Positions 1 through 9,193 of a stretch of 64,000 nucleotides of DNA are shown here, in pieces. Source of the stretch: Candidatus Thorarchaeota archaeon (GTDB taxonomy: Archaea > Asgardarchaeota > Thorarchaeia > Thorarchaeales > Thorarchaeaceae). The DNA lies in the NCBI GenBank assembly GCA_029855935.1, contig JAGSHN010000017.1:1-64000 (forward strand), in the 5' to 3' direction. Numbering within the stretch: the stretch's first letter is position 1; every line of letters starts with the position of its first letter. The notes beneath the pieces are model-generated. The model was given only the letters and a program-made list of their open reading frames with translations, made no database searches and had not been told where the DNA came from. The position numbers and the translations under genes were made by a program.

Positions 1-1393
1 GAGACAGCCCTCCCTCTGACTCAGCGCCCTCTCCGGCCGGGGCCTCGATTGGGGCCTCAAGAAGAGCGGCCTCGCCCTCAGCCCGAATCTTCTCGATCTG
101 CATCTTACGGGCCAAGTAGAGAGCGATGATTACAGCGATAGAGAACGCGGCACCCACGATGGTGAGCGTCGTCTGCCACTGGCTGGATGCTCCTCCGAGA
201 AGCTGCTGCCACGTGATGATCAGAAACGCCAGCCCGGCCATGTTCGTGGCGAAGCTCCGGATGGGTGTCTCCACCTTTGTGACCTCGACAAGTCCTACGT
301 CGACCATCGCAGCACCGATGACGCCCGCGTTGTACTGCGACGACTTTGTCTTCTTCGCGATCTTCCGTACCGACAGCGACTTCTTCTTCCCGAGGACCTT
401 TATCGCCTTCGGTACCTTAGACACCAGGAGGTCGGCGTAGGCCTGTCGTGCCTCCTCCTCTCCAATATTGCACTTCTTGCACATGTTCAGCTTCTTGTTC
501 CACGGTCGGCGACACTTTGGACACTTGTCCATTGGCCACGCTGCGGGTGCAACCTCTCTGAGGCGCTGCTTGAGCCGATACTCCTGGACCGACTCTGACA
601 CCTTTTCGGTCTTCTTCTTTCTTCGCATCTTGATACTGGCAAGGACGGTCATCAGCATTGGTAGGGCACCCAGCACCGCGAGATTGGGCAATGATTTTAT
701 CTCCGATGCCTTCTTCTGGATGCTCCTGAGCTTGTGAGCCGTCTGAAGGCCGTCAAGAATTGACCATATCTGACCGCCGAGGCCGGTGACGGCGCCGACC
801 GTCGCGACTGTGGTAGCAACCCCTGCGGCCGACGTGAGGACCTGCATTGGATCCTCCACTGGCATCAGTACGTAGAACTCGGTGGCAATGTGATGAGTCG
901 GTGGGCCCGAGTAGTCGTCTCCGGCAAGATAATAGCCGATGTCGACGGAGGTCTGGAACAGCCCTGTTGCCAAGTCAAGACCCAGGCCACCAGCGTTCAG
1001 TGCCAAGGCCTGTGCGAGATTTATCTCGTAGGTCTGCGGGGGCATCTCGACGCCCGGCGGAACCTCCGCTATCACCTCTTGTTCAATCAGAAGGGTGAAG
1101 ATCTTTATCCCCTGATAGTAGAACCCGATTCCACCACTGATATTGTAGATTGCTCTAGACCCAATGACCTTGAGAGCAAGGACAAAGGTCTGGTTTTGCT
1201 CCTTGTGGATGACTATGGGATTCGTCTCGGTTGCCTGTGTTATGTTCACACCGTCGATACTGACGAACAGTTGCAGATTGTCGTCACCAAACCAGCCACT
1301 CTCATCCTGAGCCGCGACAGGGCGTGGTGAGAGCACGAGCATTATGACCATCATCACAGAGATACCCAGCAGCAGTATAGTCCTCGGTCGCAT
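1..1393 (-). CDS. Membrane protein (3' end runs off the window): signal peptide, extracellular domain, TM, C4 zinc ribbon, HTH-like segment, 2 TM
   Basis: Not in the ORF track because it has no stop inside the window. Manual translation from ATG 1393: MRPRTILLLGISVMMVIMLVLSPRPVAAQ...CPKCRRPWNKKLNMCKKC...LSVRKIAKKTKSSQYNAGVIGAAMVDVGLVEV...AGEGAESEGGLS, open to base 1. Confidence 0.8.
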   Translation of the reverse strand, partial: MRPRTILLLGISVMMVIMLVLSPRPVAAQDESGWFGDDNLQLFVSIDGVNITQATETNPIVIHKEQNQTFVLALKVIGSRAIYNISGGIGFYYQGIKIFTLLIEQEVIAEVPPGVEMPPQTYEINLAQALALNAGGLGLDLATGLFQTSVDIGYYLAGDDYSGPPTHHIATEFYVLMPVEDPMQVLTSAAGVATTVATVGAVTGLGGQIWSILDGLQTAHKLRSIQKKASEIKSLPNLAVLGALPMLMTVLASIKMRRKKKTEKVSESVQEYRLKQRLREVAPAAWPMDKCPKCRRPWNKKLNMCKKCNIGEEEARQAYADLLVSKVPKAIKVLGKKKSLSVRKIAKKTKSSQYNAGVIGAAMVDVGLVEVTKVETPIRSFATNMAGLAFLIITWQQLLGGASSQWQTTLTIVGAAFSIAVIIALYLARKMQIEKIRAEGEAALLEAPIEAPAGEGAESEGGLS

Positions 1394-1612
1394 TGAAATA
1401 CACACCTTCCACATCGCATCTCGGAGGGCGCGAGACCCACATACAGGACCCACTAATGGCTTTTCCGCGTATCGGTCCCACATCGTCTGTGGTCAGCCAA
1501 TCAGCCGGTCACAGGATCCAGGTCTGCCAATCCAACGCCCTTCACGCAGTCCACCACTCCTGACCGAAACACCCACAACACACCACCTGTTTCGTGGCTC
1601 AGACGTGAGCAT

Positions 1613-2047
1613 TCATCGCTTCTCTGCGTGTCCAAGCGATGACTCGGTCTCGAGCGCCTCGACCATCGCAACGAGGGCCAGTGCCAGCTGCCTTGGGCCA
1701 AGACTCTTCTTGAACACCGTGTCGGCACCTGCAGAAACGGCCTTCGGGACAAGGTCGGGGTCCAGGAACGACGACATGATCACGATATTCTTGATACCCT
1801 TGTCAGAGAGTGTCTCGGCGCACTTGAATCCATCCATCAGTGGGAGACGGGCATCAATCAGCGAGACGAGCGGGCGGACCTTCTTCCTGCGCCACCGCCT
1901 CCGGCCCACCTTGTCAATCGCCTGCATGCAGTCGCTGGCCAGAATCACTGGGATATCTTCTCTCAGCTGGTGTATGATTGTGGCAATGACCTCCCTTATC
2001 GCTGGGTCATCGTCGACTATCAATACTGCAGGGGGCTCACCGCTCAT
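1613..2047 (-). CDS. Single-domain response regulator (REC/CheY-like)
   Basis: VLIVDDD, phosphoacceptor LIDARLPLMDG, VIMSS, GADTVFKK; start taken at ATG 2047. Confidence 0.85.
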   Translation of the reverse strand: MSGEPPAVLIVDDDPAIREVIATIIHQLREDIPVILASDCMQAIDKVGRRRWRRKKVRPLVSLIDARLPLMDGFKCAETLSDKGIKNIVIMSSFLDPDLVPKAVSAGADTVFKKSLGPRQLALALVAMVEALETESSLGHAEKR

Positions 2048-2265
2048 CGTCAGACGGCCTCTGTCGTAAGTGCATTCGGTTGGTGCGGTTCCTGACGTGA
2101 AGTCCACAGGCTCGTGCGCATCACCGCTTATGAAAGAATCTGCGACGGAGAGCGGCCGCGGGATAGACATCGCTGCGGTCAAGGGGCGCTTATTAGGGGT
2201 CTCCAGACACACAATCTGAGTGTGGAAGACCATCAAGACGCGACCCATACAGGTGGCCAACGATA

Positions 2266-2793
2266 GTGTGCGGACATAATGATGACAGGCAGGACAGGAC
2301 TGTCAGCATCTCGGACCTGAGGCCAGAGATGCGCGACTTCAGCATCATCTTCACGGTAGTGTCCAAGAGCAAGCCAAGACTGGTGACAGCCAGACGTTCT
2401 GGTCGACGACTACTTGTCACGGAGTGCGTGGTGGCTGACAGTTCGGGAAGAATAGGACTGGTCCTGTGGAACGATGAGCACGATCTGGTCGAGTGCGGGG
2501 AGTCTTACCTGCTCAGGAACGCACGCGTACGCCTCAACGACCACAGTATGTATCTCGTCCGAGGACCGAGAGGCGTCTTTGTGAAGACGGATGCGCCCTC
2601 CACCGTCAGCACGGGGGGCAAGGATATGAGTCTGCCATTCGCATGGATGAAACAAGAAGAGGACAGTGTTGCCGATGGTACATCAAGCGATGGTAGCGTC
2701 AAGAAGAGGAGAAGGAGGAGGCACATCATCATACCAGTAGGAGGACCTCCAGTGCATAGAATCCGCGGGATCCACGACCAGCACGAGTTCTGA
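2266..2793 (+). CDS. Single OB-fold ssDNA-binding protein (crenarchaeal SSB/RPA-like)
   Basis: ISDLRP...VADSSGRIGLVLWND...YLLRNA OB-fold signature, followed by a low-complexity charged tail. Confidence 0.75.
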   Translation: MCGHNDDRQDRTVSISDLRPEMRDFSIIFTVVSKSKPRLVTARRSGRRLLVTECVVADSSGRIGLVLWNDEHDLVECGESYLLRNARVRLNDHSMYLVRGPRGVFVKTDAPSTVSTGGKDMSLPFAWMKQEEDSVADGTSSDGSVKKRRRRRHIIIPVGGPPVHRIRGIHDQHEF

Positions 2794-2851
2794 GAGACTG
2801 GCCCACAGCAGAAGTTTTCAGGGGGTTTCTTGGCGCTCGTATCGGTGGAAG

Positions 2852-3745
2852 TTGACAGGTACCAAACGCGGTCAAGGCCCTAGGGTCCCCTATCCACAGG
2901 TGCTTCTCACGGGTAGACTCCGTCTTGCCGGACTGCCACCGGCACTCGCCTGCGAACTCTCAGAGAAGATACGGGACTCTGCTACGCGTGGCGACGGCGA
3001 TGTCCTGAGTCAGGATGGAGTGGATAGGGCCGCTCTTCAGGCAGTACAAGAGCTGTCATCCAATCTCGTGCCAGACTTGAGAACTGTCCTGAGATACTAC
3101 AGCATGCTCTCCAGAGGCGAGGCTCCGCCCCTCATTCTGGCCATTGAGGGGGCGTCTGCCACTGGCAAGTCAATGCTCTTTCTTGACCTTGTGCAGATGC
3201 TCGGTGCGACAAGAGTCATCTCGACAGACAGTGTTAGACAGGTGGTCAGGGCGTCCACAGACAGAGATGAAGCGCCAGAACTGTTCTGCCACACGTATCA
3301 GGCACACAGATATCGTCAGGCCGGTCCTGAGGGACTCGAGCCCGCGGTGAGGGGATTCCTCGCGCAGCGCAGCCTGCTGCTACCACTCATCCGCCAGTCC
3401 GTGAAGAGGGTGATTGACGAGGGGGCAGTGTGCATAGTGGAGGGTGTGCATCTTGTTCCGGGCGACTTCATCGACGAGACCCAGGTGATGGAGGTGCTCA
3501 TCAACCCAGACTGCGACACGCACAGAGCCATGTTCCTTGACAAGCAGAGGAGCAGCGGGCTGACGACCATCACCGATGACCCAAAACAGCGGGCACAGGA
3601 GTTTGAGGCCGCTCGAGCGATTCAGAGGTATATGCGTGCCCGGGCTGAGGAGTTCCAGACAGTGATCATCGACTTGGTGGATTACGAGCAGGCACTTGAG
3701 GACATCCGGCAGGCCATTGTTGACTGGATGAGGTATGTCACGTGA
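2852..3745 (+). CDS. 2-phosphoglycerate kinase-like P-loop kinase with ATP-cone-like N-terminus
   Basis: Walker A GASATGKS, VISTDSVRQVVR and IVEGVHLVPG motifs of the 2-PGK family. Confidence 0.75.
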   Translation: MTGTKRGQGPRVPYPQVLLTGRLRLAGLPPALACELSEKIRDSATRGDGDVLSQDGVDRAALQAVQELSSNLVPDLRTVLRYYSMLSRGEAPPLILAIEGASATGKSMLFLDLVQMLGATRVISTDSVRQVVRASTDRDEAPELFCHTYQAHRYRQAGPEGLEPAVRGFLAQRSLLLPLIRQSVKRVIDEGAVCIVEGVHLVPGDFIDETQVMEVLINPDCDTHRAMFLDKQRSSGLTTITDDPKQRAQEFEAARAIQRYMRARAEEFQTVIIDLVDYEQALEDIRQAIVDWMRYVT

Positions 3746-3805
3746 TGCAATGCGCTCGGGAGGACACGCAAGAGAATTCGGCAATCAGGCTACCGACATA
3801 GAATG

Positions 3806-3814
3806 CCTATTTAC
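3806..3814 (+). promoter_or_regulatory. Putative TATA-like box for the reductive dehalogenase gene (leaderless)
   Basis: CCTATTTAC ending 26 nt upstream of ATG 3840. Confidence 0.4.
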
Positions 3815-3839
3815 TCAGATTATCAGCACTGTCCGTGCA

Positions 3840-5237
3840 ATGAGGCCCCCGTCCGTTCTGGTAGACGTGAAGTTGTGTGCGAGTGCAGACTGTATCAACG
3901 AGTGTTTCGAAGTCTGTCGCTCGGTGCGTGGCGCCGATGCACCACTCTCCATCGTAGAAGACACGAAGAGACCTGTCATCGACACCGCTAGATGCACTGG
4001 ATGCCTTCTGTGCGTAAGGGCCTGCCCTGCTGGTGCCCTGAGGGTCTCCAACGTCGAGGACACCAGACGTGGCACAAGAACGGAGCAGGGTCGTACAGCC
4101 AGTGAAGACACGCCTGGGACCGACTACCGCCCCTATGAGGTGGCCTCAGACTATGCGCCATTTGACGAGAGCAGGACGATATTCGCCCGTGTCTACAACG
4201 ACGAGACGTTCCCTTTCTTCGGTATGAATGAGTTTGCCGGCGCTGAACAAGCACTGGCGAGACATATGACCGGATACGACAGATTCACTCACGAACTCGC
4301 CATGGCAGCCTGGAAGATCCACAACCTGCTACGCGACCCCCACAGCGACATCGACCGTGCCAGAAGGGAGATGAGCGCTCCCCGCAGACGCGCGCGAGCA
4401 ACACCCGATGAGCTCACAAGAATGGTCAAACGTGCTGCGCTGTTTCTGGGCGGAGCTCTTGTCGGTGTGGCAAGGGTCGACAGGAGATGGCTGTATACGG
4501 GGGACAGAAGGGGCAGAAGCTATGGTGTCCCGAAGAGTATCAATCGCGTGGTGGTCGTCGCAGTCGAGATGGACTATGATGCCATCAGTACCTCCCCATC
4601 ATTCGCTGCCTCAGCCGAGACCGGGCGTTGCTACTCTGTCATGACGTTCATCGAGGTCGAGCTGGCAGCGTTCATCAGAAGACTCGGGTATGTGGCCATT
4701 CCCTGTGGAAACGAGATTGCGCTGAGCGTGCCTGTTGCCATCGACGCCGGGCTGGGACAGTACGGGCGACACGGCCTTCTAATCACCAAGGAGTTCGGTT
4801 CTCGCGTGCATATCGCCAACGTGCTCACCGACGCGCCTCTGGTGCCGGACTCTCCAGACAGACGATTCTGTGAGTCGGTGACACGCTTCTGTGAGGTATG
4901 CGAAAAGTGCGCGCGGTTGTGTCCCTCGCAGTCGATAGCCTATGGTAGAGAGAGGTCTTGGACTGGCAAGACTGTCTCCAACAACTCCGGTGTCAAGAAG
5001 TGGTACATCAACCCCGAGACCTGCTACGGTTTCTGGATACGCAACGGCTCAGACTGCGCGAACTGCATACGTTCGTGCCCCTACAACAAGCCGAACAACG
5101 TACTCCACAGGGTCGTTCTGTGGGTCACCCAGCATCTGCCTTGGCTGGACCGAGTGATCGTCAAGATGGACGACATCGTCGGATTTGGCAGACAGAGACC
5201 GTCTAGTGCACTCTGGAAACGACTCAGACCGCGCTGA
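3840..5237 (+). CDS. rdhA: Reductive dehalogenase (RdhA/QueG superfamily, B12- and FeS-dependent) with an extra N-terminal dicluster ferredoxin domain and no TAT signal
   Basis: GALVGVARVDRRWLY, AGLGQYGRHGLLITKEFGSRVH, CEVCEKCARLCP, CYGFW-x5-DCANCIRSCP; N-terminal CASADCINECFEVC and CTGCLLCVRACP. Start moved from 3735 to ATG 3840. Confidence 0.85.
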   Translation: MRPPSVLVDVKLCASADCINECFEVCRSVRGADAPLSIVEDTKRPVIDTARCTGCLLCVRACPAGALRVSNVEDTRRGTRTEQGRTASEDTPGTDYRPYEVASDYAPFDESRTIFARVYNDETFPFFGMNEFAGAEQALARHMTGYDRFTHELAMAAWKIHNLLRDPHSDIDRARREMSAPRRRARATPDELTRMVKRAALFLGGALVGVARVDRRWLYTGDRRGRSYGVPKSINRVVVVAVEMDYDAISTSPSFAASAETGRCYSVMTFIEVELAAFIRRLGYVAIPCGNEIALSVPVAIDAGLGQYGRHGLLITKEFGSRVHIANVLTDAPLVPDSPDRRFCESVTRFCEVCEKCARLCPSQSIAYGRERSWTGKTVSNNSGVKKWYINPETCYGFWIRNGSDCANCIRSCPYNKPNNVLHRVVLWVTQHLPWLDRVIVKMDDIVGFGRQRPSSALWKRLRPR

Positions 5238-5386
5238 CTGGTGTCTGGCCATCGAGAGAGAGCCAGTGGTGACAACAACAACCGTTAATTGACGCGGCCG
5301 GAACAGGCGTCTCCGCGGGGCATCGGCCTCTGATGACTGAAGCGTATCTCGGAGAATGGATGAGCTGAGCAAGAGAGGTCAACAAG

Positions 5387-6139
5387 ATGTACAGGAGAGC
5401 CTTGGTCAGACCACCCTCGGCGTCGATGGGGGGTTGCATCTCAGATCATCCGATGAGAGAGCAGTTCAGCCTTGAGCTGGCAAGACGACAACACGCAGCG
5501 TACGTCGAAGCCCTCAGAGAGATTGGACTCGATGTAGTCGAACTGACACCGGAGCCGACGCTACCCGACTCGTGCTTCGTCGAGGACACGGCCGTTGTTC
5601 ACGAAAGTAGGGCATTGATCTGCAGACCAAGGCCTCCCAGCCGCAGAGCAGAGGTCGACGCCGTTGAAGAGGTCCTCGCTGAACACCTGCACATCAGAAG
5701 GGCCACCCCTCCGGCCACAATAGAGGGAGGGGATGTCATCCATTTCACGGAGAGACTCGTCTGCGGAGTCTCAAGCCGGACCACGCTTGACGGAGTGAGA
5801 CAGATGGAGGAGTGGCTGTGTGTCCGTGTCGACACCGTTCGGGATCCCGCGATGTTCCATCTTAAGTCGGATGTGACTGCTGTCAGCGATGAGCTTGTCA
5901 TCGGAACAAGACCGAGGATAGATGACGCGGTATTCGACGGACTGGAGAAGATAGTAGTTCCACCCGAGGAGGCCTATGCCGCCAACACGCTTGCCATCAA
6001 CGGACGGGTGCTAGTGGCAAGTGGCCATCCGGTGACTGCTGCCCGCCTGCGTGATGCCGGCCTGGATGTGATCGAGCTAGACATGTCGGAGTTCGAGAAG
6101 TGCAGTGGCGCACTGACCTGTCTGTCGATACTCTTCTGA
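5387..6139 (+). CDS. ddah: Dimethylarginine dimethylaminohydrolase / amidinotransferase (pentein) family
   Basis: PDSCFVED, EGGDV, HLKS, YAAN and C-terminal GALTCLS with the catalytic Cys. Confidence 0.9.
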   Translation: MYRRALVRPPSASMGGCISDHPMREQFSLELARRQHAAYVEALREIGLDVVELTPEPTLPDSCFVEDTAVVHESRALICRPRPPSRRAEVDAVEEVLAEHLHIRRATPPATIEGGDVIHFTERLVCGVSSRTTLDGVRQMEEWLCVRVDTVRDPAMFHLKSDVTAVSDELVIGTRPRIDDAVFDGLEKIVVPPEEAYAANTLAINGRVLVASGHPVTAARLRDAGLDVIELDMSEFEKCSGALTCLSILF

Positions 6140-6175
6140 CCAGCGCGCCGGCTGTTGAAACCCCGAACCGCACAC

Positions 6176-7675
6176 TCAGCCAAACAGCTGGCTTGCCGCT
6201 ATGTTGGCATAGTCGAGGACGATGCTGGGATTGATGAAGAGGACTAGGACACCAATGACACCAAGCGTGGCGGCAACAAGCGGTCCACGCGCAAGGCGCA
6301 GTCGCTCCGCGTCCTCAGGAGGGGCCATATAGCACACCCTAAGGACACGCAAGTAGTAGCCGAGCGACAGGACGGAGTTCAGAGTACCTATCAGCGCGAG
6401 CCACCACATCCCGACCTCGATTGCACTTCCGAAGAGGAATATCTTCGATAGCAGCCCAGCAGTCGGAGGCATCCCTGCGAGCGAGAGCATCAACACCGCA
6501 AGCAAGCCAGAGGCGAATGGGGCTCGTGAGGACAGCCCCACAAGCTCGTCATACGTGACCTGACGTCTGAGGCGAACCGTCAGCGCCCAGACGAGTATGA
6601 AGGCTGAGGTCTTCATCAGCGCGTGAACGAACGCGTGAAACATCGCGGCTGCAGCGCCGAACTGCGTACCGACAGCAAGACCGATGAACAGATAGCCCAT
6701 CATCGCGATGCTGGAGTACGCAAGCATGCGCATGATGTTCTGCTGACGAAGTGCCAGAATGTTGCCTATCAGCATCGTCAGGATTGACACAAGGACGATG
6801 AGGGGCATCCACTGCAGTCGCACGACGATGAACCCGACGATCATTATCCGCATCAGCGCACCCACACCAGCCTTCTTCGTGCCGCCCGCCAGGAATGCTG
6901 CGAGACTCCCGTCCGCGGAGCTGTACGTGTCCGGCACCCACATCCAGCCCGGAAAGGCTCCTATCTTGAAGCCAAAGGCGATGACAAAGAGCACCATTGC
7001 CAAGAGGGATGTGGCCACTGCAGACAGCTCGAGCGTGGGCGAGGAGAAGTACGACTGGAGCGCCGCTCCGATGGCCGCTATGTCCGTCGTCCCGGTGAGT
7101 CCGTAGAGCAAGGCGATACCGAACAGCATCAGCACCGTGGCGAGCAACCCCATCACGAAGTACTTCACCGCACCATCGACGGCAGCCCGACTCGGACCAA
7201 GCGCGGCAAGGACATAGGTCGGCATCGACATCAGCTCCCAAGCGAGGAACAGTGCCACAAGGTCGGTCGCCATCACGGTCCACATCGTGCCACCAATCGA
7301 GATCAGCAGCAACGAGTGAAACGTGGCCCGGTCGCCATAGAAGGTCGTGCTTGAGAGCAGCACAAGGAAACCGACAACCAGGATTATCCAGATGAACAGG
7401 TCGGCAAAGTGACTGCGCGCGAAGAGCCCGCCAAAAGAGGACCCGTAGACATCATTGTCGATGAGGACGGTCTCCAGCCCTGTGAGCAACAGGCCAATGG
7501 CACTGACAGGCAGTGGATTTGTTCGCTGACCGACAGCGAGAGCAATCACGCCAAAGGCGATAATGGTGAAGACGGGCACCGACCCGAGCCAGTCGGCAGG
7601 GATGTTACCTACAAGCCACTGTGTAAACGGAGAGAACACTGTTCTGACGAGTTGAGCAAGGACCGACAGTATCAC
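6176..7675 (-). CDS. nuoN: Complex I-like antiporter subunit N
   Basis: WELMSMPTY, AVKYF, GFKIGAFPGWMWVPDTY, RMLAYSSIA, SLAGMPP; many TM helices. Confidence 0.9.
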   Translation of the reverse strand: MILSVLAQLVRTVFSPFTQWLVGNIPADWLGSVPVFTIIAFGVIALAVGQRTNPLPVSAIGLLLTGLETVLIDNDVYGSSFGGLFARSHFADLFIWIILVVGFLVLLSSTTFYGDRATFHSLLLISIGGTMWTVMATDLVALFLAWELMSMPTYVLAALGPSRAAVDGAVKYFVMGLLATVLMLFGIALLYGLTGTTDIAAIGAALQSYFSSPTLELSAVATSLLAMVLFVIAFGFKIGAFPGWMWVPDTYSSADGSLAAFLAGGTKKAGVGALMRIMIVGFIVVRLQWMPLIVLVSILTMLIGNILALRQQNIMRMLAYSSIAMMGYLFIGLAVGTQFGAAAAMFHAFVHALMKTSAFILVWALTVRLRRQVTYDELVGLSSRAPFASGLLAVLMLSLAGMPPTAGLLSKIFLFGSAIEVGMWWLALIGTLNSVLSLGYYLRVLRVCYMAPPEDAERLRLARGPLVAATLGVIGVLVLFINPSIVLDYANIAASQLFG

Positions 7676-9192
7676 GGGGTTGCACCTCCAGTCACGAGAG
7701 TCACAAAGGGCGCGGTCATCGACAGTATCAGGTCAGGCCAGAGGCCCAGCAGGATCACCGGTACCAGCAGGAGGACTGGTGCGATGAGGTCACGCAGCGG
7801 GGCATCGTGAACCTCGGCCTCAGGATCGGGGTCGGAGAAGACCATCCTGTTGAGGGTCCACAGCATATAGCCGACCGTCAGGAATACTCCCAGAGTGATG
7901 AACGCCGTCCAAATGTACACTGGCACAGAACCGAGCAGTGTGAAGAACTCTGCGAGGAAACCACTGAAGCCAGGCAGACCGAATGCCGCAAGCGCACCGA
8001 GGATGAACACTGTCGAGAGGCGGGGCGCAGTACGACCGAGCCCCTTCACCTCAGGGATCTGTCTGGTGCCTGCAAGATGCTTGACCTCGCCAGCCACGAT
8101 GAACAATACTGAGATGATGACACCGTGGGAAAACATCATGTAGATGGCTCCCTGCAGGGCGAGAGCAGACCCGACAGCGACACCCAGGAGCACCCATGCC
8201 ATGTGGTTGATTGAGGTGTACGCCACCATGCTCTTGAGATCCGACTGGGCCATTGCGACGAAGGCCGCGTAGATGCAGGTGAAGATTGCCAGCACGGCGA
8301 ACACGACGCTGAAGACAGAGAAACCCTCTGGGACCATCCACACACCAAGCCTCAGAAAGCCATAGCCGCCCATCTTCAGCAGAATACCGGCGAGTATCAC
8401 GGATCCGGGTGTAGGCGCCTTGACGTGTGCCCACGGGAGCCAGTTGTGCAGAGGCCAGACAGGGAGCTTGACGCCCGCGCCGAAGAACACGGCTATGGAG
8501 AACCACATCTGAATGTCGATTGGCAGGCCGGAGGCACGAAGGACAAGCATGTCAAAGGTGTACAGTCCGGACGCGAAGTACAGGACAAAGAAGCCGATCA
8601 GCATGATGGCCGAGCCGAAGTGCGTGTAGATGAAGAACTTGATTCCAGCGTGCTGGCAGCCCTCCTCGCCCCACCTGCCGATGATGAAAAACATCGGGAT
8701 GAGCACGAGCTCCCAGAAGATGAAGAAGCTGAGCAGGTCAATCGAGAAGAACACACCGAGCAGGCCGGTCTGAAGCATCAGAAGGAGCATATAGTACAGA
8801 TTCCGGGACCGTTCAATGTGATTGGAACTCAGTGCAGCAGCAAAGACCACTATGTTGGACAAGAGAGCCATCACAACGGAGAGGCCGTCTGCACCGAGAT
8901 AGACCTGCACGGGAGTTGTGTGACTGTCTATCTGCATCGTGCCTAGAACAAAGTTCCACAGTAGGCGCATGCCAGCATTCGGCTCGCTCGGGTCAAACGT
9001 GGGAGAGAAGGTCGCCATCAGAGCAAGAGCTAGGACCAGTTCGATGAGGGTCACGAGTAGGGCGACCGCCCGAGAGCCTCGCTCTCCAGCGAGGAACGCG
9101 ACAACCGCTCCGAAAAGGGGGAACAGTGTGAGGAACGCAAGGGGATTACCGGGGATCATTGACATCAGCATTGAGGCGAGTTCTTCGAACAT
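7672..9192 (-). CDS. nuoM: Complex I-like antiporter subunit M
   Basis: FWELVLIPMF, KFFIYT, VKLPVWPLHNWLPWAHVKAPTPGSVILAGILLKMGGYG, GFLAEF. Confidence 0.92.
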   Translation of the reverse strand: MFEELASMLMSMIPGNPLAFLTLFPLFGAVVAFLAGERGSRAVALLVTLIELVLALALMATFSPTFDPSEPNAGMRLLWNFVLGTMQIDSHTTPVQVYLGADGLSVVMALLSNIVVFAAALSSNHIERSRNLYYMLLLMLQTGLLGVFFSIDLLSFFIFWELVLIPMFFIIGRWGEEGCQHAGIKFFIYTHFGSAIMLIGFFVLYFASGLYTFDMLVLRASGLPIDIQMWFSIAVFFGAGVKLPVWPLHNWLPWAHVKAPTPGSVILAGILLKMGGYGFLRLGVWMVPEGFSVFSVVFAVLAIFTCIYAAFVAMAQSDLKSMVAYTSINHMAWVLLGVAVGSALALQGAIYMMFSHGVIISVLFIVAGEVKHLAGTRQIPEVKGLGRTAPRLSTVFILGALAAFGLPGFSGFLAEFFTLLGSVPVYIWTAFITLGVFLTVGYMLWTLNRMVFSDPDPEAEVHDAPLRDLIAPVLLLVPVILLGLWPDLILSMTAPFVTLVTGGATP

Positions 9193-9193
9193 C

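Noticed and set aside
126-2069. Plus-strand ORFs 126-440, 468-737, 890-1330 and 1344-2069
   Set aside because: Antisense shadows of the minus-strand membrane protein and response regulator.
5325-5380. Hammerhead ribozyme or SECIS
   Set aside because: CUGAUGA is present, but there is no stem II-GAAA or properly placed cleavage triplet, and the flanking genes have no in-frame UGA needing recoding.
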